Assembly: GCA_944390945.1 (NCBI GenBank)
Contig: CALXRV010000060.1
Coordinates: 39,557 to 103,556 of the forward strand
Origin: an uncultured Clostridia bacterium
GTDB taxonomy: Bacteria > Bacillota > Dehalobacteriia > UBA4068
DNA: 64,000 nt
Reading direction: 5' to 3'
The notes below the pieces were generated by a model. It did not search any database. It was given only the letters and a program-made list of their open reading frames with translations, and had not been told where the DNA came from. The translations under genes and the position numbers were made by a program. Each line of letters starts with the position of its first letter. Within the stretch, counting starts at the first letter, position 1. Below are positions 1-8,780 of this stretch, one piece after another.

Positions 1-222
1 CACCGCTACTTTATTGGGGCTGGTAACGGCAAAACCGGCAAAATTCATCCGCCGCAGCCCCTGGATGATTTCTGCCAGGTGTTGCTCATCCGCTTCTGTA
101 TAAAAATAGAGCAGATTCAATCCGGCTGCCGCATAGGCGGCGTTTTGCATGCGGGCAGCAAAAGATTGCCCGAGCGGCTTGCCGATCAGCGTGATCATCC
201 GTGTATGGATATCGATAGGCAT
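1..222 (-). CDS. shikimate/quinate dehydrogenase family protein, N-terminal part (gene continues past window edge)
   Basis: Own minus-strand translation from ATG at 222, open to position 1: MPIDIHTRMITLIGKPLGQSFAARMQNAAYAAAGLNLLYFYTEADEQHLAEIIQGLRRMNFAGFAVTSPNKVAV. It fits the AroE-type N-terminal pattern (G-x-P-x...N...G-x-x-V-T-x-P-x-K). Absent from ORF track because no stop lies in the window. Confidence 0.55.
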   Translation of the reverse strand, partial: MPIDIHTRMITLIGKPLGQSFAARMQNAAYAAAGLNLLYFYTEADEQHLAEIIQGLRRMNFAGFAVTSPNKVAV

Positions 223-432
223 GCGATGTCCTCGTTTCTGTCTTGTGCAGGTAAGCGGCCGGTCGCCTCGCGGCCGGCACGCATTCAGTATAGCATGCCG
301 GCACGGTAAAAACAATCCTCATGATCAGATGTTGCCAGCGCGGGACATATTCCAATTCCGCCTGCCACGGGCATAGCGGCAGGCGGCGTTTCATAGACTG
401 TGGCAGACGGTTCCGGCGAAGGGGGTTGCCTG

Positions 433-1290
433 ATGCGGAGAAGAGGACGGAGATACGGGCGGCATGGCGGCCGGCAGCTGACGGTTCTGCACTTGCCAGA
501 CGGGAGCATCTTTTTCGTGCTTGCCTTGATGTTTGCCATGTTGCTGGCGGGGCGCAGCCTGGCCGGCCTGCAAATGGAGCATGCGCTGGCGCCGGCAATG
601 TTTGGCGTCTCCATTGTAATCGATGCCGGCCATGGCGGTTGGGACCCGGGCATGGTCGGTAGCAGCAGCGAAGAAAAGGAGATCAATCTGGCGGTGGCCA
701 AAGCATTGGCAGAATATTGCCGTGCCGCCGGCGCGGCGGTAAGTCTGACACGCGAAGGGGATACGGCGCTGGCTGACAGCAAACGCGAGGATATGGAGGC
801 GAGGGTTGCGCTTTGTACAGCGGCAGAAGCAGATATTTTCATCAGCCTGCACTGCAACAGTTATCCAGCAGACAGCAGCCAGCATGGCGCGCAGGTTTTT
901 TACCGTCAGGGCAATACGGCAGGGGAGACGCTGGCCGGCATTTTGCAGAACGCGCTGCAGGAGGAGCTGGCAAATACGGACCGCAGCGCATTACCGCACA
1001 GCGCTTCATATTTGCTGGAGCAGCTCGATATCGCGGCGGTGATCTGCGAGATGGGTTTTCTTTCCCATGCAGAAGAAGAAGCTTTGCTCGTCTCCTCCGC
1101 TTATCAGTGGCAGCTTGCCTGGACGCTTTTTTGTGGCCTGGTCGATTATCTTGCGCAGACCGAGACGGCCGAACAGAGCCTTGCCTGCGCATTTCCACCG
1201 GTCCCGGCAGTGCAAGCGCAGAGCGGTTCTGTTCGGCAGATTTTTCCGTTTGCCGCAGGATACCGCGGACAGCCCGCACGGTTGGGGTAG
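433..1290 (+). CDS. N-acetylmuramoyl-L-alanine amidase (Amidase_3), CwlD-like, N-terminal membrane anchor
   Basis: ORF 400..1290. Motifs IVIDAGHGGWDPG, EKEINLAVAKAL and ADIFISLHCNS are typical of Amidase_3/CwlD. Start set at ATG 433, preceded by GAAGGGGG at about 7 nt spacing. Confidence 0.8.
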   Translation: MRRRGRRYGRHGGRQLTVLHLPDGSIFFVLALMFAMLLAGRSLAGLQMEHALAPAMFGVSIVIDAGHGGWDPGMVGSSSEEKEINLAVAKALAEYCRAAGAAVSLTREGDTALADSKREDMEARVALCTAAEADIFISLHCNSYPADSSQHGAQVFYRQGNTAGETLAGILQNALQEELANTDRSALPHSASYLLEQLDIAAVICEMGFLSHAEEEALLVSSAYQWQLAWTLFCGLVDYLAQTETAEQSLACAFPPVPAVQAQSGSVRQIFPFAAGYRGQPARLG

Positions 1291-1326
1291 ATATCATCTG
1301 CCGGTATCGGGTTGCAGAACAGACGG

Positions 1327-1363
1327 CAACGGCTCCGGAGAGTATTCCGGAGCCGTTGTTTTT
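1327..1363 (+). terminator. rho-independent terminator after the amidase gene
   Basis: Perfect 12-bp stem CAACGGCTCCGG / CCGGAGCCGTTG with an 8-nt loop, followed by TTTTT. Confidence 0.7.
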
Positions 1364-1377
1364 GCCATGCTTTATCG

Positions 1378-2163
1378 TCAGAGGCTCAGACAGATCCGCT
1401 GTTCGCGCTGGTTGCGGTCGGTGATCGCGACCACCTGCATCGGAATGCCATATACCTCTTCCAGTCTTTGGTCGGTCAGCGTTTGTGTCGGCGGGCCAAA
1501 GGCGATGGTCTCGCCTTGCCGCAGCAACAGTGCCTGGCTGGCGATGGCAAAAGGCTGCGCTGGGCTGTGTGTGGAAACGAGCACGATCTTGCCTTCATTC
1601 GCCAGCAGGCGGATCGCGTCGTTGATCATTTGCTGATTGGCAAAGTCCAGGCTGGAGGTCGGTTCATCCATTACCAGGATGCAGGTGCTCTGGCAGAGGG
1701 CGCGGGCGATCAGCACCAGCTGGCGCTGTCCGCCGGACATCTGGTTGTAGGGGAAATCCGCCAGATGCGCCAGCTTCATTTTTTCCAGGCTTTGATAGGC
1801 AAGCGCGATATCCTCCTGCGCCGGGGTACGGAATGTGCCAAAATAGGAGGAGCGCGCCATCATCACCATTTCCAGCGCCGTATAGGGGAAGCTGGAGCGA
1901 TCGGTCTGCGGGATATAGGAAAAATAGCGGGCCAGATGTCGGCGGTCCAGGTGATCAACATTATGGCCGCGGCAGGTAACACTGCCCGCCATACGCGGGA
2001 TAAAGCGCAGCAGAAGTTTAAGCAGGGTGGATTTGCCGCAGCCGTTTGGACCAAGCAAGCAGAGTACATCGCCGGCATGCAGGGCGAAGGATACGCCATG
2101 CACCACTTCTTTTTTGCCATAACCACCACGCAGATTTTCAACGACCAGATCGAGCTCTGCCAT
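1378..2163 (-). CDS. ABC transporter ATP-binding protein (iron-siderophore/cobalamin FepC/BtuD type)
   Basis: Walker A GPNGCGKST, signature MSGGQRQLVLIARAL, Walker B ILVMDEPTSSLD. Directly abuts the FecCD permease gene. Confidence 0.9.
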   Translation of the reverse strand: MAELDLVVENLRGGYGKKEVVHGVSFALHAGDVLCLLGPNGCGKSTLLKLLLRFIPRMAGSVTCRGHNVDHLDRRHLARYFSYIPQTDRSSFPYTALEMVMMARSSYFGTFRTPAQEDIALAYQSLEKMKLAHLADFPYNQMSGGQRQLVLIARALCQSTCILVMDEPTSSLDFANQQMINDAIRLLANEGKIVLVSTHSPAQPFAIASQALLLRQGETIAFGPPTQTLTDQRLEEVYGIPMQVVAITDRNQREQRICLSL

Positions 2164-3186
2164 TCAGGAACGCCCCCTATGGATGATCAGCATAATGAAG
2201 AACGGTGCGCCAAAACAGGCGGTCAGCACGCCGATCGGGATCTCCAGCACGAGCAGCGAACGCGCCAGGTCATCCATCAGCAACAGAAAGCAACCGCCCA
2301 TCAATGCGGCGACCGGTAGCATGCGGCGATAATCCGCCCCGATCAGCCCACGCGCGAGATGCGGGATCATCAGCCCGACCCAGCCGATCAGACCGCCCAG
2401 GCAGACCGCCCCGGCGCTGATGATCGTGGCCGCCAGCACTGCCACCAGACGGATGCGGCGCGGATGGATGCCGAGGGCCATCGCTTCTTCATCTCCCAGC
2501 GTGAGCAGGTTAAGCCGCCAGCGCAGCAGGAAGAGGAGCAATGTGCCCAGGCAGATCGGCGCCAGGCTGAAAAGCAGCGATGCGGTATCTACCTTTGATA
2601 GACTGCCCATCAGCCAGTAAGTGATCGCTGGCAGCACATCGTTAGGGTCTGCCACATATTTGATGACGGTGATCGCGGCATTGGCGAGTTCGCGCAGCAT
2701 GGTCCCGGCCAGCACCAGGCTGACCTCCTGTCCAAAACGGGCGCGTGAGCCGACAAAATAGGTGAGAAAAACGGTGCAGATACCAAAGATGAAGGCGTTA
2801 ACCTGCACGGCGGCACTGCTCCAGCCCAAAATCAGGGCAACGCAGGCGCCCAGCCCGGCGCCCTGTGAGACGCCGAGGATATCCGGCGAGACAAGCGGGT
2901 TTTTGAACATGCCCTGAAAAGCCGCGCCAGCTACTGCCAGGCCGGCGCCGATGGCAAAGGCGGCGATCACGCGCGGAATGCGGATATTGCGCACGATGAT
3001 CGGCACATTCGGGTCTACATCAGCCGCGCCATGCAGCAGATATCCCCAGACCTGCTGCGCGCTGAGACCATAAAAACCGATATTGAGTGAAATCAGCGGC
3101 AGGATGAGCGAGAGGGTGAGCAGCACCGGCAGGAGCCAGCGGCGCTTTTTTACGGAGGTGGCCGCAGGGGTAAAGGCTGGTTTCAT
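2164..3186 (-). CDS. FecCD-family iron/cobalamin ABC transporter permease
   Basis: ORF 2164..3201 is polytopic and hydrophobic with FecCD/BtuC-like sequence. The track start is a TTG inside the likely RBS (TTGAGG), so the start was moved to ATG 3186 (MKPAF...). Confidence 0.85.
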   Translation of the reverse strand: MKPAFTPAATSVKKRRWLLPVLLTLSLILPLISLNIGFYGLSAQQVWGYLLHGAADVDPNVPIIVRNIRIPRVIAAFAIGAGLAVAGAAFQGMFKNPLVSPDILGVSQGAGLGACVALILGWSSAAVQVNAFIFGICTVFLTYFVGSRARFGQEVSLVLAGTMLRELANAAITVIKYVADPNDVLPAITYWLMGSLSKVDTASLLFSLAPICLGTLLLFLLRWRLNLLTLGDEEAMALGIHPRRIRLVAVLAATIISAGAVCLGGLIGWVGLMIPHLARGLIGADYRRMLPVAALMGGCFLLLMDDLARSLLVLEIPIGVLTACFGAPFFIMLIIHRGRS

Positions 3187-3230
3187 GTTGATCTGCCTCA
3201 ATTTATGTATGCGTAGAAATAGGTTTCACT

Positions 3231-3272
3231 AAGGATAATATAAAGGATAATCTATTTTTAGCCGATTGTCAA
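3231..3272 (-). promoter_or_regulatory. candidate promoter of the permease/ATPase operon with overlapping direct-repeat operator (AAGGATAAT x2)
   Basis: Minus strand reads TTGACA (3267-3272), 17 nt, TATCCT (3244-3249). AAGGATAAT occurs at 3231-3239 and 3243-3251 (12-bp period). The GATAAT hexamers resemble Fur-box units. Confidence 0.35.
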
Positions 3273-3309
3273 TCTGTTTGGCGTAAGGCGGTGGCGATTT
3301 GACAAGGGA

Positions 3310-3338
3310 TTGACAAATTCGAAGGCACATATTATACT
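3310..3338 (+). promoter_or_regulatory. candidate sigma-A promoter for the substrate-binding protein gene
   Basis: TTGACA (3310-3315), 17 nt, TATACT (3333-3338), about 100 nt upstream of ATG 3436. Confidence 0.4.
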
Positions 3339-3435
3339 TGTCACGGTAATATTTTCTCGTAGATATATATTTACCAAAGAATATCTGTGAGAAATGTCCA
3401 CAAAACGATGTGAGCTGCAAAAGGAGGATAAGTGG

Positions 3436-4548
3436 ATGAAAAAGTGGTTGGCATTATTGCTTTGCCTGCTGCTCTGCCTCGCACTGCTCGCTGCCTGCAC
3501 ACCGGCGGCACAGGAACAGACGGCGGAAGATCCGGCAACGGAAGAGCAGACGGAACAACAGGCGGAAGAAGAAGCGGCTGGTCCGCGCGAGATCGTCGAT
3601 ATGGCAGGCCGCACGGTTGCGCTGCCCGAGTCGGTGGAAACCGGCCTCGGTACCGGTGCGATCGGCAGTTACATGCTCTACACGCTGGCGCCGGAGACGA
3701 TGGTGGGCGTCAATTATGAATTCAACGAGATGGAAAAAGCCTATATTCTGGAAGAATACCAGGATCTGCCCGCCTTCGGTCAAGGCGACGGCCTGAATCT
3801 GGAAGCGGTGATCGCAGCCGCGCCTTCGGTGCTGATCTCCTATGGTACGATCTCTGATTCTACGATCAGTGAAGCGGATGGCTTCCAGGAACAGACGGGG
3901 ATTCCCTGCATCGTGCTTGACGGCGATATGGCGGCGATCCCGGAAGCATACCGCATGCTCGGCGAAGTGTTCGGTATGGAAGAACGTGCGGAAGAGCTGG
4001 CAGCTTATGCTGAAGAAGCGCTGGCTTTTGCCGAGGCGATCGATATTCCGGAAGAAGAACGTGTGACGGTCTATTTCGGTAATGGCCTGGAAAACCTGGA
4101 GACTGCGCCTGCTGGTTCTTCACATGCAGAACTGCTGGAAGTGGTGGACGCGACGAACGTGGCTGTAGTCGAAGGCGAAGTCAGCAGCCGGATCGATATC
4201 AGCGCTGAGCAGGTGATTGGCTGGAACCCACAGGTAGTCCTGCTCAACGGTGAACCGACGGAGAATTATTCGCCGCAGCAGGCGGTGGAGAACTTCCTTA
4301 CCGATAGCCGTTTTGCAAATGTACAGGCTGTGCTGGACGGAAAAGTCTATGCAGTACCGAAATATCCTTATAGCTGGTTTGACCGCCCGCCGGGACCGAA
4401 CCGTCTGATCGGCATTTACTGGCTGTCCGGGCTGCTGTATCCGGAACAGTTCGATCTGGATATCAAGGCGGAAGCACGCGAATTCTATTCGCTGTACTAT
4501 CATCTGGAGCTGAGCGATGAGCAGCTGGTCGATCTGCTGGGCTATTAA
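3436..4548 (+). CDS. ABC transporter periplasmic-binding-protein family lipoprotein (iron-siderophore/cobalamin type)
   Basis: ORF 3394..4548. Start taken at ATG 3436 after AAGGAGG. Signal peptide with lipobox LLAAC, then an acidic linker and a PBP type-2 (FhuD/BtuF-like) body. Divergent from the permease/ATPase genes. Confidence 0.8.
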   Translation: MKKWLALLLCLLLCLALLAACTPAAQEQTAEDPATEEQTEQQAEEEAAGPREIVDMAGRTVALPESVETGLGTGAIGSYMLYTLAPETMVGVNYEFNEMEKAYILEEYQDLPAFGQGDGLNLEAVIAAAPSVLISYGTISDSTISEADGFQEQTGIPCIVLDGDMAAIPEAYRMLGEVFGMEERAEELAAYAEEALAFAEAIDIPEEERVTVYFGNGLENLETAPAGSSHAELLEVVDATNVAVVEGEVSSRIDISAEQVIGWNPQVVLLNGEPTENYSPQQAVENFLTDSRFANVQAVLDGKVYAVPKYPYSWFDRPPGPNRLIGIYWLSGLLYPEQFDLDIKAEAREFYSLYYHLELSDEQLVDLLGY

Positions 4549-4714
4549 GCTGTTTGCGCTTCCTTTTGCTGCAGCAAGGGATGATAGCGCTCCTTTTTCT
4601 TGCTAGAGCAGATCCGGAAAGAGCAAATCCAGCAGGGGGCACAGGGAATGCTGCGCGCTGAAATACGTCGGCCGCTGGCTACAGCTGGCTGAGCGGGAAA
4701 TATCAGGAGTAAAT

Positions 4715-4756
4715 AAAACATGGGCATCCGGCAGTAAGCGGTTGCCCATGTTTTTT
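4715..4756 (+). terminator. rho-independent terminator
   Basis: AAAACATGGGCA / TGCCCATGTTTT 12-bp stem, followed by a T-run. Confidence 0.7.
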
Positions 4757-4765
4757 GGTTTGGGA

Positions 4766-4812
4766 TTGACATTTAGGCTAGGCTTTAGGTATGATATCAT
4801 ATAACGATATCA
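4766..4812 (+). promoter_or_regulatory. candidate padR promoter with overlapping palindromic operator
   Basis: TTGACA (4766-4771), 18 nt, TATGAT (4790-4795). The -10 lies inside the perfect 12-bp palindrome TATGATATCATA, and a second GATATCAT copy lies 6 nt downstream. Confidence 0.45.
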
Positions 4813-4821
4813 TGGGAGGCG

Positions 4822-5151
4822 TTGGTCTTGCCCAAAAAAGCGCTGGAGATATTGACGGAATCCATGTTTTATGTGCTGATGGCCTTTTGGCAGGGGGAGA
4901 TGTGCGGCATGGATGTTGCTGATTTCATCGAAAAACAGACCCGAGGCCGGCTGCGCATCGGACCGGCGACCCTCTATACGATTCTTGCCAAATTCGAAAA
5001 AGAGAAGTATATCTGCGAAACAGAGGTTTCAGGCCGCCGGCGGACTTATCGGATCACAGATAAAGGGAAGACAGCATATGCGGCGGAGCTTTCCCGGCTT
5101 CAGCTTTGTCTTCATGATGCACTGGTGCTGGAGAAGAGCAAAGGAGAATAA
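4822..5151 (+). CDS. PadR family transcriptional regulator
   Basis: Winged-helix PadR pattern: FYVLMAF...MCGMDVADFIEKQTRGRLRIGPATLYTILAKFEKEKYI...RRRTYRITDKGK. Non-ATG start; TTG at 4822 or 4828 after GGGAGG. Confidence 0.85.
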   Translation: MVLPKKALEILTESMFYVLMAFWQGEMCGMDVADFIEKQTRGRLRIGPATLYTILAKFEKEKYICETEVSGRRRTYRITDKGKTAYAAELSRLQLCLHDALVLEKSKGE

Positions 5152-5152
5152 C

Positions 5153-6388
5153 ATGACGGACAGAAAAACGAAGCGGCGGCAGATCTATCGCTTGCCGCCA
5201 TGCCCTGCTTATGATGTGGAAGCGATGGAGAGCTGGCTTTCTGAGCAGGCGGAACAAGGGTTGTTCCTGATCCACGACGGTTTTTTTGCCGGCGTTGCCG
5301 CTTTTGCGCCGGGCGAACCCCGTCCTGCAAAATACCGCCTGGAAGCTGCGCAGAAAAGCACGAGCATGTGGGCGGAGGATGGTGGGGAGCCGGACCCGCA
5401 GCAGGTGGCGCTGAGCGAAAAATATGCTTGGGAATATGTGGCGAAGCGCGGAGATTTTTATATTTACCGCAGCTTTGATCCTGGCGCGCGAGAATTCAAT
5501 ACGGATCCGCAGGTGCAGGCCATTGCTTTGCGGGCGGTAAGGAAACGGCAGCGTGGCAATGCATTTACCCTGTTGTGGTGGGTTATTGCTTATCCGCTTT
5601 TCTTTTGCTGTACCAGGCCGTTGGCCACGATCATCTGGATGCAGACCTGGCTGTTTTTGCTGGCATCCGCGTTCATTTTTTGGCTTGTCGCGGATCAGAT
5701 CTCCGCGCTGCATGCCCTGCGCAAACTGACGCGCAGACTGCAGGCGGGCGAATGCCTGCAGACGGATAAGGATTGGCGAAAGGGCGCACGCAGGTATCAC
5801 GGCAAGCGAGCGTTTAAGCTTCTGCTCGGCATGCTGCTGCTTGGCATCTTTCTGCAGCAATGGAGCGCTTCACTGCTGGATGAGGATAAAGTACAGCTGG
5901 ATGATTACAGCGGCGTCATCCCTTTTGCCACGATGTTGGACTTTGCCGGGGATGAAGATGCGGATTACCGCATGACCATGTTGGGCAAGGGCTTTAATAC
6001 GATCCGCGAATGGTCGGATCTGCTTGCGCCGCGCTGTATCGATTATGCCGAACAAGCCGCGATTACTTTGCCGGATGGTCGGGTGTTGGATGGGGGATAT
6101 TATGTGGATTACTATCAGACGAAAAGCCCCGCGATTGCCCGCCTGCTGGCCTGTGAGTTTTACCATGCGGCCAGCAGGGAAGAAAATTTTACCCGCATCG
6201 ATACAACGCAGATTGCCGCAGATTGCGATCGGTTATATGCTTATTATGATGCGCTGCGGTTTCCTACGGTTGTTATCTGGAAGAATTGTATCGTGGTCCG
6301 CGCATTTTTTTATCAGACTTCGCAGGATGATATAATACCGCTTTCCGAATGGGTGGAACTTCTGGCAAATAGTCTGGCGGATGAATAA
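5153..6388 (+). CDS. DUF2812-like membrane protein (usual PadR partner)
   Basis: Track ORF 4913..6388 overlaps padR in another frame. ATG 5153 follows AAAGGAG. The N-terminus YDVEAMESWLSEQAEQGLFL and central TM helices are typical of DUF2812. Confidence 0.7.
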   Translation: MTDRKTKRRQIYRLPPCPAYDVEAMESWLSEQAEQGLFLIHDGFFAGVAAFAPGEPRPAKYRLEAAQKSTSMWAEDGGEPDPQQVALSEKYAWEYVAKRGDFYIYRSFDPGAREFNTDPQVQAIALRAVRKRQRGNAFTLLWWVIAYPLFFCCTRPLATIIWMQTWLFLLASAFIFWLVADQISALHALRKLTRRLQAGECLQTDKDWRKGARRYHGKRAFKLLLGMLLLGIFLQQWSASLLDEDKVQLDDYSGVIPFATMLDFAGDEDADYRMTMLGKGFNTIREWSDLLAPRCIDYAEQAAITLPDGRVLDGGYYVDYYQTKSPAIARLLACEFYHAASREENFTRIDTTQIAADCDRLYAYYDALRFPTVVIWKNCIVVRAFFYQTSQDDIIPLSEWVELLANSLADE

Positions 6389-6427
6389 CAAGCGGCAGCG
6401 TGCCATAGCGCGATACCGCGGGAAAGC

Positions 6428-8365
6428 ATGAAGCATCTACCGATAGAAAGGAAGAGAAGGGTGCACCGTTATAAGATATGCTGTTTAACTTACAAAAGAT
6501 TGGCAGATCTGTTTCATCAGGCATTGGCGCGCATCGACGATGAAGAGCTGGACTTGCTCTGCCTGGAATGCCATCACGGTTCATTGCCCGATGCGGTACG
6601 CAGCGCTTATGCACAGGGATATGAGATGTTCATCGCCGGCGGTTCTAATCTGGAGATCTTTCGCGACCTGTTTGATTATCCAATCGTCGGCCTGCAGCCG
6701 ACGTATTATGATTATATGCATGCGATCATCCGTGCGGCGGCTTATGGCGAAGAGGTAGGCATAGTTTCTTATCAGGAAAAACCATATTACCGTTTCGACG
6801 AGCTGGAGCAGCTGTTGGGGGTACGTATTCGCCACATTGTATACAGCGAGAGTACGGAACTGCCCGCGCTGATTGCCGCCAGTTCTTGCGGCGCGGTGAT
6901 CGGCACCGCATTTGCCTGCGATGCCGGTGCAGCTGCCGGCAAAACGGCGCTGCTGCTGTATAATGATGTGGATGAGATCGTCGATACCATTTATGAGGCC
7001 AAGCGCTTTGCGCAGGAGATTGGCCGTGAACGGAACAAATCGCAGTTTTTTTCAACGGTGATCGATTACTCGCCAAGCGGCATTCTGGCCGTCAATGCGG
7101 CGGGGCGGGTTGTCGTCTGCAACCAGGCGGCGGAAAAGCTGCTCGGCGTCAGTGCGCAGCAGATGCGTGGTAAAGCGGTGCAGGCGCTGTTTCCGCAGCT
7201 GCGCATGGAGAGTTTTCTGCGTCAGGAAGCGGGCGAGCCGCAGGATATCGTCATTGAATACCGGGGAGAGACGATCCATGTTTTTCGTTCGCTGCTGGCT
7301 GGTGATCAACAGGGCATCAGCGCGGTGGCCATGCTTTCCGAAGCTTCCCGCCAGAAAAATGCAGAGGCGGATCATCTGCGGCGGGAACAGACACATGGCT
7401 TTACCGCCAAGCATTCATTTGCTGATATCCTTGGCGAAAGCCGGGCAATCCGCGCTGCTGTGCGGCAGGCGCGGATCTATGCCGATGCAGAAGCGAATGT
7501 ATTGATTCTCGGTGAGACCGGCACGGGGAAAGAGCTGTTTGCGCAGAGCATCCATACTGCTTCCCGCCGGCATGCTCAGCGTTTTGTCGCTGTAAACTGC
7601 GCCGCCATTCCGGACAGCCTGCTGGAGAGCGAATTGTTCGGCTATACGGCCGGAGCTTTTACCGGCAGTCTGCGGACCGGGAAAAAGGGACTGTTTGAGC
7701 TGGCGAATCAGGGTACGATATTTCTGGATGAGATTGGCGACCTTAGCCCGCTGCTGCAGATGAAACTGCTGCGTGTGCTGCAGGAGAAGGAGATCCTGCG
7801 CATTGGTGATGATCGTATCATCCCGGTCGACGTGCGTGTGATCGCAGCTTCCAACAAGCCCCAGCAGCGGATGTTGCAGGAAGGATTCCGGCCGGATCTG
7901 CTCTATCGGCTCAATGTGCTGCGATTGGATATCCCGGCATTGGCTAGACGCGGACAGGATGTTTGCCTGCTTTTCCGCCGGATGTACGAAAGGTATCACG
8001 ATGATTATAAAACGGCAGTCAGCCTGAGCGATGAGGTGCTTGATGTGTTACAGTATTATTCCTGGCCCGGCAATGTGCGCGAGCTGGAAAATGTTTGTCA
8101 GCGCTTTATCCTCAATGCCTCGCATGACAATAAGCAGGCCAAGCCGGCTGCCCTGCGTCATCTGCTCAGCCGCTGCATCGGTGAAGATGAATTTCTGCGG
8201 GATTTGTTACAGCACCAGGAAGCAAAGCAGGAGCGGCCGGGGACGGCACAACGGGAATTGGCAGAGATGCTGAAATATTGTTTTGGCTATTCCAATGCGC
8301 AAATCGCGGAAAAGCTTGGCATAAGCCGCACCACTTTGTGGCGCAGCAGCCGGCGTGGGGAATAG
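6428..8365 (+). CDS. sigma-54-dependent transcriptional activator with PrpR-type N-terminal sensor, PAS, AAA+ and Fis-type HTH domains
   Basis: N-terminus resembles the PrpR_N domain. Walker [14 protein letters not shown] loop (YTAGAFTGS), ELFGY, and C-terminal [20 protein letters not shown]. An alternative GTG start at 6461 is possible. Confidence 0.85.
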   Translation: MKHLPIERKRRVHRYKICCLTYKRLADLFHQALARIDDEELDLLCLECHHGSLPDAVRSAYAQGYEMFIAGGSNLEIFRDLFDYPIVGLQPTYYDYMHAIIRAAAYGEEVGIVSYQEKPYYRFDELEQLLGVRIRHIVYSESTELPALIAASSCGAVIGTAFACDAGAAAGKTALLLYNDVDEIVDTIYEAKRFAQEIGRERNKSQFFSTVIDYSPSGILAVNAAGRVVVCNQAAEKLLGVSAQQMRGKAVQALFPQLRMESFLRQEAGEPQDIVIEYRGETIHVFRSLLAGDQQGISAVAMLSEASRQKNAEADHLRREQTHGFTAKHSFADILGESRAIRAAVRQARIYADAEANVLILGETGTGKELFAQSIHTASRRHAQRFVAVNCAAIPDSLLESELFGYTAGAFTGSLRTGKKGLFELANQGTIFLDEIGDLSPLLQMKLLRVLQEKEILRIGDDRIIPVDVRVIAASNKPQQRMLQEGFRPDLLYRLNVLRLDIPALARRGQDVCLLFRRMYERYHDDYKTAVSLSDEVLDVLQYYSWPGNVRELENVCQRFILNASHDNKQAKPAALRHLLSRCIGEDEFLRDLLQHQEAKQERPGTAQRELAEMLKYCFGYSNAQIAEKLGISRTTLWRSSRRGE

Positions 8366-8471
8366 CGTTTGCCGGGATAGCCTTTAGCGGCAAAATGCGG
8401 AAGATGCCGACTTTGCCGGCATTTTTCGTTGCCGGGAGGGCGTGGTTCGCCAAAGCGCAGAACAGAAAATT

Positions 8472-8554
8472 TGTTTCAAATTTTCGATGTACCAATATGT
8501 TGAAACATTCTTAAATGGAGAGGTGTGGCGTTATGCCACAGCGCCGGTTATGCC
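8472..8554 (+). promoter_or_regulatory. candidate upstream activator sites (inverted and direct repeats) for the sigma-54 activator
   Basis: TGTTTCAA-N20-TTGAAACA (8472-8507); TGTGGC-N5-GCCACA (8524-8540); GTTATGCC at 8530-8537 and 8547-8554. These lie 70-155 bp upstream of the -24/-12 element. Confidence 0.35.
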
Positions 8555-8625
8555 GTTTGAAGTGACAGCCGTCTGAGCAGGTTTTTGAGCACGGAGTAGC
8601 TACAGCTTATGCGAAAATGAATGTT

Positions 8626-8641
8626 TGGCATGATTTTTGCT
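8626..8641 (+). promoter_or_regulatory. sigma-54 (-24/-12) promoter
   Basis: TGGCATGATTTTTGCT versus consensus TGGCAC-N5-TTGCW; GG and GC are in exact register. It lies 140 nt upstream of ATG 8781 and directly downstream of a bEBP gene. Confidence 0.65.
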
Positions 8642-8780
8642 ATATTATTGTTGCTGCTGTCTGATCACATTGCTGCGACGATGCAGGGTGCTGCTGATCA
8701 TGATATCCCGTGATTCTATTTACGGCATCTGGCGCAGCAGGAGATGCAGAGCAAAAATTTAATGATAAAGGTGAGGGTAT

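Noticed and set aside
3202-3435. Cobalamin riboswitch upstream of the BtuF/FhuD-like binding protein
   Set aside because: There is no B12-box (GCCACTG-like) or conserved riboswitch core. The region is AT-rich promoter DNA only.
4913-5152. N-terminal 80 aa of the 491-aa ORF 4913..6388
   Set aside because: It overlaps padR in another frame. A proper RBS and ATG at 5153, 1 nt after the padR stop, gives the DUF2812-type N-terminus.
8533-8565. 10-codon mini-ORF (MPQRRLCRLK) with a GGAGAGGTG RBS between the activator gene and the sigma-54 promoter
   Set aside because: It lies upstream of, not within, the operon leader, and overlaps the inverted/direct repeats that more plausibly serve as protein-binding sites. 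It is too short to evaluate.
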